Shown here: positions 48,826 to 62,800 of the stretch, piece after piece | How the letters are laid out: the number at the start of each line of letters is the position of its first letter | Position numbering within the stretch: the first letter of the stretch is position 1 | DNA from: Nemertoderma westbladi | Lineage: Eukaryota; Animalia; Xenacoelomorpha | Assembly: GCA_032718475.1 (NCBI GenBank) | Contig: JAUCBJ010009110.1 | Span: 21,807-85,806, forward strand | Reading direction: 5' to 3' | DNA: 64,000 nt | Translations under genes and position numbers: made by a program | Notes under the pieces: generated by a model | Database searches by the model: none | The model's input: only the letters and a program-made list of their open reading frames with translations | What the model was told of the DNA's origin: nothing

Positions 48826-51558
48826 AGTTCCACTTAAATTTTTCTGCTATGTCAGCTTTGTATGTGATAATTTTTTGACAGCTTTAATAAACATTGTATA
48901 TATTGATTCCAATAACATCATGCCAGAATGTGAAATGAGGCACCTTCCTCACCCAGGCGCGGCGCGGAGTCACGCTGTACTCCTTGTTTTACTCACAGGC
49001 GCGGTTCATTGATCCTTTACTGATTCACTGTAGCGGAATTCTTACAAAATTCATAAAACGTATTATATCTATGTCTATATTTAAAGTGGTTAGCATTATT
49101 GCAATATTCTTTGTATATATTATCTACTCGAGTAAACGGTACGTTACAAAATTTATCTCCCAATCGAAATCAATTTTTAAGCAAAAAAAAAAAATTTAAT
49201 TAAATTATTGTTATTGCATGCATTGTGTGTGAAAATTGTTATCAAAAAAATAGAAATAGAAAATAGAACCAGAAATTGGAAGTCATTTTTAAGCATAATA
49301 TAATATATGTTATATATAAGAGAAATTAATGTAAAATAATACTACATAATAGTGCACATAATAGTACATAATAATAAAAATAATACTAATCATAAATAAA
49401 TATGTATATAGTTTCTGTATATTACAAAAGTTGTTTTAAATGCGGAAAAATATATAAATATTTGTAATCATTTCCTTTTCTATATTCACAGAAATATTGT
49501 GAAAAGAGAAGTATGGTAAAGAATTAAAACTAATATCAGAAAAGATACAAGCATTGCATTGCCTAATCGCTAAAATCTCGATAACATTGTATATAAATAA
49601 ACATGACACAAAATGGCTACGTAAAAATATTTGTTAAATTAGAACCATATAGAATATAGATGCTACTGTACACCAACCCTTTCGTTTTGGGAATTCCCTT
49701 ACCTCTGGCTGTATGACTGATGAACATACCCGGTGTCAATGGAGCTTCTATACTTTTACATGCCTCGATTTAATCTACATTCTAATTTTACAAATTTTCA
49801 TCGCCAATTGTAGTTCATGTACTGTAGTGGTGTAATTTTCTGTAAACTCCTTAGAATTTCAGATACCATTAGTTAGTTATATTTCACAAAAATTTATTTA
49901 AATTACACAATATAACAAAGTATACAATCCTAGTAATAGATGCAAAGTAATCAACTTTTCCCCTGATGAGTTGATTAGTGAAGAAATGTTTGATAGTACT
50001 AGTATGAAATGCTTTAACAATCATACCACAATTCAATTGGATTCAATTCAATTAAAGATATCTTCTATACAATCCACCAATTAATAAATGTTTGTGGTCT
50101 AAAGTATGCTATGATACTTATTAAAATTATTAATGGAATATTGTTATATTAATTGATATTATAAATGTTTCCTATTTCAAGACCAGTCCACTTGAGGTTA
50201 TTGTGTATGCTGTGCCAATTGTGTTCTGGAATATTTTATCCTCTTCTATACAATACACTAATCCTTATGTAATCACTTTCAGGACCATTTACCTGTGGTT
50301 ATTGTGTATGATGGGCCACTTGGATTCTGGAATATTTACGGCATATATCGTAAATTGTCATTTTCGCCACTTTCCTTTCAAATATTGTTCTATAACTTTA
50401 TTGTTTTTATACTGGTAATAAATACATAAGCTTACTTAAATATATATAAATATTCGTAGCATTAAATTAATTAATAATTAATATGTATGTACATAAATAA
50501 ATAATAATAAAAAATAAGCATATAAACATATGATAATAATATATAATATAATATGATACATATGGTAGTAAATACATAAGCTTACTTAAATATATACAAA
50601 TATGGCCAAGTAATGATGTATCCTCTTTTAGACCCAGTCTATTTGTGGTTGTTGTGTATGCTGCGCCACTTGTGTTCTGCAATGTTTTATCCTCAATCGA
50701 ACTATTCTGCGCCATTTGTGTTCTAGAATGTTTTGTCCTCCTTTGAAAATCAGAGCACGGGGTTACGCTATTCTCATGTCTAACCCGGGCGCGGGGTCAT
50801 GCTATTCATCTATCTCACCCGGGCATTTTTTTCAAGATCAGATCACAATGTTTGCCAGTACTAGTCTAGGATACCTTACCAATTATATCGCAATAAAGTT
50901 GCTCAACTTTAAATATAAAGTCCTAGTCCTAGTCCTAGGCCCTAGTCCTAGGTGAGTGTATGTTTGCCCATACAAGTGTAGAACGCTTTACCATTTATAT
51001 AACAATCCATTTGCTCTACTAAATACTTTGCCCTAGTGCGAAATGAGTGAATAGAATGCTTTGCCAATAATTAAAACCACAATCTAATTTCCTATACTTT
51101 ATTATTTTGCCCAAGAATGAGGTGAGTGTATGTTTGCCCGTACTTGAGTATAATGCTTTGCAAATTCATACCATAATCTATTTTGATCCACTTTAATAGT
51201 TTGCCCAAGTATGAGGTGAGTGTATGTTTGCCCGTACTTGAGTAGAATGCTTTGCCAATTCATACCACATACCACAATCTATTTTGATCCACTTTAATAT
51301 TTTGCCCAAGTATGAGGTGAGTGTATGTTTGCCCGTACTTGAGCAGAATGCTTTGCCAATTCATACCACAATCTATTTTGATCCACTTTATTATTTTGCC
51401 CAAGTATGAGGTGAGTGTATGTTTGCCCGTACTTGAGTAGAATGCTTTGCCAATTCATACCACAATCTATTTTGATCCACTTTATTATTTTGCCCAAGTA
51501 TGAGGTGAGTGTATGTTTGCCCGTACTTGAGCAGAATGCTTTGCCAATTCATACCACC

Positions 51559-51772
51559 TGTCTCACCCAGGCGTGGGGTCACGCTATTCACTTGACTTAC
51601 CCGGGCGCGGGGTCTCGCTATTCGCTTGTCTCACCCGGGCTTGGGGTCATGCTGTTCACTTGTCTCACCCGGGCGTGGGGTCACGCTATTCACTTGTCTC
51701 ATCCGGGCGCGGGATCACGCTATCAACTTGTCTTACCCGGGCGCGGGGTCACGCTTTTCACTTTTATCACCC
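51559..51772. repeat. 34-bp GC-rich repeat x6 (blocks also start at 53662, 56260, 58473, 60899, 63497)
   Basis: tgtctcacccgggcgtggggtcacgctattcact starts at 51559, 51593, 51627, 51661, 51695 and 51729. Confidence 0.95.
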
Positions 51773-54700
51773 AAGACCAGTCCACTTGAGGTTATTGTGT
51801 ATGCTGTGCCAATTGTGTTCTGGAATATTTTATCCTCTTATATGCAATCCACCAATCGTAATGTATTCTCTTTCAAGATCAGTCCACATGAGGTTATTGT
51901 GTATGCTGTGCCAATTGTGTTCTGGAATATTTTATCCTCTTCTAAACAATCCACCAATTAATAAATGTTTCCTATTTCAAAACCAGTCCACTTGAGGTTG
52001 TTGTTTATGCTGTGCCTATTGTGTTCTGGAATATTTTATCCTCTTCTATACAATCCACCAATTAATAAATGTTTCCTATTTCAAGACCAGTCCACTTGAG
52101 GTTATTGTGTATGCTGTGCCAATTGTGTTCTGGAATATTTTATCCTCTTCTAAACAATCCACCAATTAATAAATGTTTCCTATTTCAAAACCAGTCCACT
52201 TGAGGTTGTTGTTTATGCTGTGCCTATTGTGTTCTGGAATATTTTATCCTCTTCTATACAATACACTAATCCTTATGTAATCACTTTCAGGACCATTTAC
52301 CTGTGGTTATTGTGTATGATGTGCCACTTGGATTCTGGAATATTTACGGCATATATCGTAAATTGTCATTTTCGCCACTTTCCTTTCAAATATTGTTCTA
52401 TAACTTTATTGTTTTTATACTGGTAATAAATACATAAGCTTACTTAAATATATATAAATATTCGTAGCATTAAATTTATTAATAATTAATATGTATGTAC
52501 ATAAATAAATAATAATAAAAAATAAGCATATAAACTAAACATACCATAAAATAGAAAAGAAATTAATCAATTAAATAAAACCAAAACATGTCATTTGTAT
52601 GACGGTTCGTCAAGGTGTAAAAGTAGTACAAACTACGGTATTTGTGTCCGGCCAAATAATGATGTATCCTCTTTTAGACCCAGTCTACTTGTGGTTGTTG
52701 TGTATGCTACGCCACTTGTGTTCTGGAATGTTTTATCCTCCTTCGAAGTATTATGCGCCATTTGTGTTCTGGAATATTTTGTCCTACTTTGAAAATCAGA
52801 GCACGGGGTTACGCTATTCTCATGTCTAACCCGGGCGCGGGGTCATGCTGTTCATCTATCTCACCCGGGCATTTCTTTCAAGATCAGATCACAATGTTTG
52901 CCAGTACTAGTCTAGGATACTTTACCAATTATATCACATAAAGTTGCTCAACTTTAAATATTTTGCCCTAGTCCTAGGTGAGTGTATATTTGCCCATACA
53001 AGTTTTACCATTTATATAACAATCCATTTGCTCTACTAAATACTTTGCCCTACTGCGAAATGAGTGAATAGAATGCTTTGTCAATAATTAAAACCACAAT
53101 CTAATTTCCTATACTTTATTATTTTGCCCAAGAATGAGGTGAGTGTATGTTTGCCCGTACATGAGTAGAATGCTTTGCCAATTCTACCACAATCTATTTT
53201 AATCCACTTTAATATTTTGCCCAAGTCTGAGGTGAGTGTATGTTTGCCCGTACTTGAGTATAATGCTTTGCCAATTCATACCACAATCTATTTTGATCCA
53301 CTTTAATATTTTGCCCAAGTATGAGGTGAGTGTATGTTTGCCCATACTTGAGTAGAATGCTTTGCCAATTCATACCACAATCTATTTTGATCCACTTTAA
53401 TATTTTGCCCAAGTATGAGGTGAGTGTATGTTTGCCCGTACTTGAGTATAATGCTTTGCAAATTCATACCATAATCTATTTTGATCCACTTTAATAGTTT
53501 GCCCAAGTATGAGGTGAGTGTATGTTTGCCCGTACTTGAGTAGAATGCTTTGCCAATTCATACCACAATCTATTTTGATCCACTTTAATATTTTGCCCAA
53601 GTATGAGGTGAGTGTATGTTTGCCCGTACTTGAGCAGAATGCTTTGCCAATTCATACCACCTGTCTCACCCAGGCGTGTGGTCACGCTATTCACTTGACT
53701 TACCCGGGCGCGGGGTCTCGCTATTCGCTTGTCTCACCCGGGCTTGGGGTCATGCTGTTCACTTGTCTCACCCGGGCGTGGGGTCACGCTATTCACTTGT
53801 CTCATCCGGGCGCGGGATCACGCTATCAACTTGTCTTACCCGGGCGCGGGGTCACGCTTTTCACTTTTATCACCCAAGACCAGTCCACTTGAGGTTATTG
53901 TGTATGCTGTGCCAATTGTGTTCTGGAATATTTTATCCTCTTATATGCAATCCACCAATCGTAATGTATTCTCTTTCAAGATCAGTCCACATGAGGTTAT
54001 TGTGTATGCTGTGCCAATTGTGTTCTGGAATATTTTATCCTCTTCTAAACAATCCACCAATTAATAAATGTTTCCTATTTCAAGACCAGTCCACTTGAGG
54101 TTATTGTGTATGCTGTGCCAATTGTGTTCTGTGATATTTTATCCTCTTATATGCAATCCACCAATCGTAATGTATGCTCTTTCAAAACCAGTCCACATGA
54201 GGTTATTGTGTATGCTGTGCCAATTGTGATCTGTAATATATTTTCCTCTTTTATACAATCCACCAATTAATAAATGTTTCCTATTTCAAGACCAGTCCAC
54301 TTGTTGTTATTGTGTATGCTGTGCCACTTGTGTTCTGGAATATTTTATCCTCTTCTATACAATACATCAATTAATAAATGTTTCATATTTCAAGACCAGT
54401 CCACTTGAGGTTGTTGTGCATGCTGTGCCACTTGTGTTCTGGAATATTTTATCCTCTTCTATACAATACACCAATTAATAAATGTTTCCTATTTCAAGAC
54501 CAGTCAGTCCACTTGAGGTTGTTGTTTATGCTGTGCCTATTGTGTTCTGGAATATTTTATCCTCTTCTATACAATAAACTAATCCTTATGTAATCACTTT
54601 CAGGACCATTTACCTGTGGTTATTGTGTATGATGTGCCACTTGGATTCTGGAATATTTACGGCATATATCGTAAATTGTCATTTTCGCCACTTTCCTTTC

Positions 54701-56766
54701 AAATATTGTTCTATAACTTTATTGTTTTTATACTGGTAATAAATACATAAGCTTACTTAAATATATATAAATATTCGTAGCATTAAATTTATTAATAATT
54801 AATATGTATGTACATAAATAAATAATAATAAAAAATAAGCATATAAACTAAACATACCATAAAATAGAAAAGAAATTAATCAATTAAATAAAACCAAAAC
54901 ATGTCATTTGTATGACGGTTCGTCAAGGTGTAAAAGTAGTACAAACTACGGTATTTGTGTCCGGCCAAATAATGATGTATCCTCTTTTAGACCCAGTCTA
55001 CTACTTGTGGTTGTTGTGTATGCTACGCCACTTGTGTTCTGGAATGTTTTATCCTCCTTCGAAGTATTATGCGCCATTTGTGTTCTGGAATATTTTGTCC
55101 TACTTTGAAAATCAGAGCACGGGGTTACGCTATTCTCATGTCTAACCCGGGCGCGGGGTCATGCTGTTCATCTATCTCACCCGGGCATTTCTTTCAAGAT
55201 CAGATCACAATGTTTGCCAGTACTAGTCTAGGATACTTTACCAATTATATCACATAAAGTTGCTCAACTTTAAATATTTTGCCCTAGTCCTAGGTGAGTG
55301 TATGTTTGCCCATACAAGTTTTACCATTTATATAACAATCCATTTGCTCTACTAAATACTTTGCCCTACTGCGAAATGAGTGAATAGAATGCTTTGCCAA
55401 TAATTAAAACCACAATCTAATTTCCTATACTTTATTATTTTGCCCAAGAATGAGGTGAGTGTATGTTTGCCCGTACTTGAGTAGAATGCTTTGCCAATTC
55501 TACCACAATCTATTTTAATCCACTTTAATATTTTGCCCAAGTCTGAGGTGAGTGTATGTTTGCCCGTAATGGAGTATAATGCTTTGCCAATTCATACCAC
55601 AATCTATTTTGATCCACTTTAATATTTTGCCCAAGTATGAGGTGAGTGTATGTTTGCCCATACTTGAGTAGAATGCTTTGCCAATTCATACCACAATCTA
55701 TTTTGATCCACTTTAATATTTTGCCCAAGTATGAGGTGAGTGTATGTTTGCCCGTACTTGAGTAGAATGCTTTGCCAATTCATACCACAATCTATTTTGA
55801 TCCACTTTAATAGTTTGCCCAAGTATGAGGTGAGTGTATGTTTGCCCGTACTTGAGTAGAATGCTTTGCCAATTCATACCACAATCTATTTTGATCCACT
55901 TTAATATTTGGCCCAAGTATGAGGTGAGTGTTTGTTTGCCCGTACTTGAGTAGAATGCTTTGCCAATTCATACCACAATCTATTTTGATCCCCTTTAATA
56001 TTTTGCCCAAGTATGAGGTGAGTGTATGTTTGCCCGTACTTGAGTAGAATGCTTTGCCAATTCATACCACAATCTATTTTGATCCACTTTAATATTTGGC
56101 CCAAGTATGAGGTGAGTGTTTGTTTACCCGTACTTGAGTAGAATGCTTTGCCAATTCATACCACAATCTATTTTAATCCACTTTAATATTTTTCCCAAGT
56201 ATGAGGTGAGTGTATGTTTGCCCGTACTTGAGCAGAATGCTTTGCCAATTCATACCACCTGTCTCACCCAGGCGTGGGGTCACGCTATTCACTTGACTTA
56301 CCCGGGCGCGGGGTCTCGCTATTCGCTTGTCTCACCCAGGCTTGGGGTCATGCTGTTCACTTGTATCACCCGGGCGTGGGGTCACGCTATTCACTTGTCT
56401 CATCCGGGCGCGGGATCACGCTATTAACTTGTCTTACCCGGGCGCGGGGTCACGCTTTTCACTTTTATCACCCAAGACCAGTCCACTTGAGGTTATTGTG
56501 TATGCTGTGCCAATTGTGTTCTGGAATATTTTATCCTCTTCTAAACAATCCACCAATTAATAAATGTTTCCTATTTCAAGACCAGTCCACTTGAGGTTAT
56601 TGTGTATGCTGTGCCAATTGTGTTCTGTGATATTTTATCCTCTTATATGCAATCCACCAATCGTAATGTATGCTCTTTCAAAACCAGTCCAATTGAGGTT
56701 ATTGTGTAGGCTGTGCCAATTGTGATCTGTAATATATTTTCCTCTTTTATACAATCCACCAATTAA

Positions 56767-56866
56767 NNNNNNNNNNNNNNNNNNNNNNNNNNNNNNNNNN
56801 NNNNNNNNNNNNNNNNNNNNNNNNNNNNNNNNNNNNNNNNNNNNNNNNNNNNNNNNNNNNNNNNNN
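56767..56866. other. Assembly gap (100 N placeholder)
   Basis: A run of exactly 100 n. Confidence 0.99.
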
Positions 56867-59800
56867 ACAATACACCAATTAATAAATGTTTCCTATTTCA
56901 AGACCAGTCAGTCCACTTGAGGTTGTTGTTTATGCTGTGCCTATTGTGTTCTGGAATATTTTATCCTCTTCTATACAATACACTAATCCTTATGTAATCA
57001 CTTTCAGGACCATTTACCTGTGGTTATTGTGTATGATGTGCCACTTGGATTCTGGAATATTTACGGCATATATCGTAAATTGTCATTTTCGCCACTTTCC
57101 TTTCAAATATTGTTCTATAACTTTATTGTTTTTATACTGGTAATAAATACATAAGCTTACTTAAATATATATAAATATTCGTAGCATTAAATTTATTAAT
57201 AATTAATATGTATGTACATAAATAAATAATAATAAAAAATAAGCATATAAACTAAACATACCATAAAATAGAAAAGAAATTAATCAATTAAATAAAACCA
57301 AAACATGTCATTTGTATGACGGTTCGTCAAGGTGTAAAAGTAGTACAAACTACGGTATTTGTGTCCGGCCAAATAATGATGTATCCTCTTTTAGACCCAG
57401 TCTACTTGTGGTTGTTGTGTATGCTACGCCACTTGTGTTCTGGAATGTTTTATCCTCCTTCGAAGTATTATGCGCCATTTGTGTTCTGGAATATTTTGTC
57501 CTACTTTGAAAATCAGAGCACGGGGTTACGCTATTCTCATGTCTAACCCGGGCGCGGGGTCATGCTGTTCATCTATCTCACCCGGGCATTTCTTTCAAGA
57601 TCAGATCACAATGTTTGCCAGTACTAGTCTAGGATACTTTACCAATTATATCACATAAAGTTGCTCAACTTTAAATATTTTGCCCTAGTCCTAGGTGAGT
57701 GTATGTTTGCCCATACAAGTTTTACCATTTATATAACAATCCATTTGCTCTACTAAATACTTTGCCCTACTGCGAAATGAGTGAATAGAATGCTTTGCCA
57801 ATAATTAAAACCACAATCTAATTTCCTATACTTTATTATTTTGCCCAAGAATGAGGTGAGTGTATGTTTGCCCGTACTTGAGTAGAATGCTTTGCCAATT
57901 CTACCACAATCTATTTTAATCCACTTTAATATTTTGCCCAAGTCTGAGGTGAGTGTATGTTTGACCGTAATTGAGTATAATGCTTTGCCAATTCATACCA
58001 CAATCTATTTTGATCCAGTTTAATATTTTGCCCAAGTATGAGGTGAGTGTATGTTTGCCCATACTTGAGTAGAATGCTTTGCCAATTCATACCACAATCT
58101 ATTTTGATCCACTTTAATATTTTGCCCAAGTATGAGGTGAGTGTATGTTTGCCCGTACTTGAGTAGAATGCTTTGCCAATTCATACCACAATCTATTTTG
58201 ATCCACTTTAATAGTTTGCCCAAGTATGAGGTGAGTGTATGTTTGCCCGTACTTGAGTAGAATGCTTTGCCAATTCATACCACAATATATTTTGATCCAC
58301 TTTAATATTTGGCCCAAGTATGAGGTGAGTGTATGTTTGCCCGTACTTGAGTAGAATGCTTTGCCAATTCATACCACAATATATTTTGATCCACTTTAAT
58401 ATTTTGCCCAAGTATGAGGTGAGTGTATGTTTGCCCGTACTTGTGTAGAATTCTTTGCCAATTCATACCACCTGTCTCACCCAGGCGTGGGGTCACGCTA
58501 TTCACTTGACTTACCCGGGTGCGGGGTCTCGCTATTCGCTTGTCTCACCCGGGCTTGGGGTCATGCTGTTCACTTGTCTCACCCGGGCGTGGGGTCACGC
58601 TATTCACTTGTCTCATCCGGGCGCGGGATCACGCTATTAACTTGTCTTACCCGGGCGCGGGGTCACGCTTTTCACTTTTGTCACCCAAGACCAGTCCACT
58701 TGAGGTTATTGTGTATGCTGTGCCACTTCTGTTCTGGAATATTTTATCCTCTTCTAAACAATCCACCAATTAATAAATGTTTCCTATTTCAAGACCAGTC
58801 CACTTGAGGTTATTGTGTATGCTGTGCCAATTGTGTTCTGGAATATTTTATCCTCTTATATGCAATCCACCAATCGTAATGTATTCTCTTTCAAGATCAG
58901 TCCACATGAGGTTATTGTGTATGCTGTGCCAATTGTGTTCTGGAATATTTTATCCTCTTCTAAACAATCCACCAATTAATAAATGTTTCCTATTTCAAGA
59001 CCAGTCCACTTGAGGTTATTGTGTATGCTGTGCCAATTGTGTTCTGTGATATTTTATCCTCTTATATGCAATCCACCAATCGTAATGTATGCTCTTTCAA
59101 AACCAGTCCAATTGAGGTTATTGTGTATGCTGTGCCAATTGTGATCTGTAATATATTTTCCTCTTTTATACAATCCACCAATTAATAAATGTTTCCTATT
59201 TCAAGATCAGTCCACTTGTTGTTATTGTGTATGCTGTGCCACTTGTGTTCTGGAATATTTTATCCTCTTCTATACAATACACCAATTAATAAATGTTTCC
59301 TATCTCAAGACCAGTCAGTCCACTTGAGGTTGTTGTGTATGCTGTGCCACTTGTGTTCTGGAATATTTTATCCACTTCTATACAATACACCAATTAATAA
59401 ATGTTTCCTATTTCAAGACCAGTCAGTCCACTTGAGGTTGTTGTTTATGCTGTGCCTATTGTGTTCTGGAATATTTTATCCTCTTCTATACAATACACTA
59501 ATCCTTATGTAATCACTGTCAGGACCATTTACCTGTGGTTATTGTGTATGATGTGCCACTTGGATTCTGGAATATTTACGGCATATATCGTAAATTGTCA
59601 TTTTCGCCACTTTCCTTTCAAATATTGTTCTATAACTTTATTGTTTTTATACTGGTAATAAATACATAAGCTTACTTAAATATATATAAATATTCGTAGC
59701 ATTAAATTTATTAATAATTAATATGTATGTACATAAATAAATAATAATAAAAAATAAGCATATAAACTAAACATACCATAAAATAGAAAAGAAATTAATC

Positions 59801-62800
59801 AATTAAATAAATAAAACCAAAACATGTCATTTGTATGACGGTTCGTCAAGGTGTAAAAGTAGTACAAACTACGGTATTTGTGTCCGGCCAAATAATGATG
59901 TATCCTCTTCTAGACCCAGTCTACTTGTGGTTGTTGTGTATGCTACGCCACTTGTGTTCTGGAATGTTTTATCCTCCTTCGAAGTATTATGCGCCATTTG
60001 TGTTCTGGAATATTTTGTCCTACTTTGAAAATCAGAGCACGGGGTTACGCTATTCTCATGTCTAACCCGGGCGCGGGGTCATGCTGTTCATCTATCTCAC
60101 CCGGGCATTTCTTTCAAGATCAGATCACAATGTTTGCCAGTACTAGTCTAGGATACTTTACCAATTATATCACATAAAGTTGCTCAACTTTAAATATTTT
60201 GCCCTAGTCCTAGGTGAGTGTATGTTTGCCCATACAAGTTTTACCATTTATATAACAATCCATTTGCTCTACTAAATACTTTGCCCTACTGCGAAATGAG
60301 TGAATAGAATGCTTTGCCAATAATTAAAATCACAATCTAATTTCCTATACTTTATTATTTTGCCCAAGTATGAGGTGAGTGTATGTTTGCCCGTACTTGA
60401 GTAGAATGCTTTGCCAATTCATACCACAATCTATTTTGATCCACTTTAATATTTTGCCCAAGTATGAGGTGAGTGTATGTTTGCCCGTACTTGAGTAGAA
60501 TGCTTTGCCAATTCATACCACAATCTATTTTGATCCACTTTAATATTTTGCCCAAGTATGAGGTGAGTGTATGTTTGCCCATACTTGAGTAGAATGCTTT
60601 GCCAATTCATACCACAATCTATTTTGATCCACTTTAATATTTTGCCCAAGTATGAGGTGAGTGTATGTTTGCCCGTACTTGAGTATAATGCTTTGCAAAT
60701 TCATACCATAATCTATTTTGATCCACTTTAATAGTTTGCCCAAGTATGAGGTGAGTGTATGTTTGCCCGTACTTGAGTAGAATGCTTTGCCAATTCATAC
60801 CACAATCTATTTTGATCCACTTTAATATTTTGCCCAAGTATGAGGTGAGTGTATGTTTGCCCGTACTTGAGCAGAATGCTTTGCCAATTCATACCACCTG
60901 TCTCACCCAGGCGTGTGGTCACGCTATTCACTTGACTTACCCGGGCGCGGGGTCTCGCTATTCGCTTGTCTCACCCGGGCTTGGGGTCATGCTGTTCACT
61001 TGTCTCACCCGGGCGTGGGGTCACGCTATTCACTTGTCTCATCCGGGCGCGGGATCACGCTATCAACTTGTCTTACCCGGGCGCGGGGTCACGCTTTTCA
61101 CTTTTATCACCCAAGACCAGTCCACTTGAGGTTATTGTGTATGCTGTGCCAATTGTGTTCTGGAATATTTTATCCTCTTATATGCAATCCACCAATCGTA
61201 ATGTATTCTCTTTCAAGATCAGTCCACATGAGGTTATTGTGTATGCTGTGCCAATTGTGTTCTGGAATATTTTATCCTCTTCTAAACAATCCACCAATTA
61301 ATAAATGTTTCCTATTTCAAGACCAGTCCACTTGAGGTTATTGTGTATGCTGTGCCAATTGTGTTCTGTGATATTTTATCCTCTTATATGCAATCCACCA
61401 ATCGTAATGTATGCTCTTTCAAAACCAGTCCACATGAGGTTATTGTGTATGCTGTGCCAATTGTGATCTGTAATATATTTTCCTCTTTTATACAATCCAC
61501 CAATTAATAAATGTTTCCTATTTCAAGACCAGTCCACTTGTTGTTATTGTGTATGCTGTGCCACTTGTGTTCTGGAATATTTTATCCTCTTCTATACAAT
61601 ACACCAATTAATAAATGTTTCATATTTCAAGACCAGTCCACTTGAGGTTGTTGTGCATGCTGTGCCACTTGTGTTCTGGAATATTTTATCCTCTTCTATA
61701 CAATACACCAATTAATAAATGTTTCCTATTTCAAGACCAGTCAGTCCACTTGAGGTTGTTGTTTATGCTGTGCCTATTGTGTTCTGGAATATTTTATCCT
61801 CTTCTATACAATAAACTAATCCTTATGTAATCACTTTCAGGACCATTTACCTGTGGTTATTGTGTATGATGTGCCACTTGGATTCTGGAATATTTACGGC
61901 ATATATCGTAAATTGTCATTTTCGCCACTTTCCTTTCAAATATTGTTCTATAACTTTATTGTTTTTATACTGGTAATAAATACATAAGCTTACTTAAATA
62001 TATATAAATATTCGTAGCATTAAATTTATTAATAATTAATATGTATGTACATAAATAAATAATAATAAAAAATAAGCATATAAACTAAACATACCATAAA
62101 ATAGAAAAGAAATTAATCAATTAAATAAAACCAAAACATGTCATTTGTATGACGGTTCGTCAAGGTGTAAAAGTAGTACAAACTACGGTATTTGTGTCCG
62201 GCCAAATAATGATGTATCCTCTTTTAGACCCAGTCTACTACTTGTGGTTGTTGTGTATGCTACGCCACTTGTGTTCTGGAATGTTTTATCCTCCTTCGAA
62301 GTATTATGCGCCATTTGTGTTCTGGAATATTTTGTCCTACTTTGAAAATCAGAGCACGGGGTTACGCTATTCTCATGTCTAACCCGGGCGCGGGGTCATG
62401 CTGTTCATCTATCTCACCCGGGCATTTCTTTCAAGATCAGATCACAATGTTTGCCAGTACTAGTCTAGGATACTTTACCAATTATATCACATAAAGTTGC
62501 TCAACTTTAAATATTTTGCCCTAGTCCTAGGTGAGTGTATGTTTGCCCATACAAGTTTTACCATTTATATAACAATCCATTTGCTCTACTAAATACTTTG
62601 CCCTACTGCGAAATGAGTGAATAGAATGCTTTGCCAATAATTAAAACCACAATCTAATTTCCTATACTTTATTATTTTGCCCAAGAATGAGGTGAGTGTA
62701 TGTTTGCCCGTACTTGAGTAGAATGCTTTGCCAATTCTACCACAATCTATTTTAATCCACTTTAATATTTTGCCCAAGTCTGAGGTGAGTGTATGTTTGC

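Noticed and set aside
49470-49525. Possible micro-exon (ttcacag|...|gtaaag)
   Set aside because: An isolated splice-like motif with no supporting coding context.
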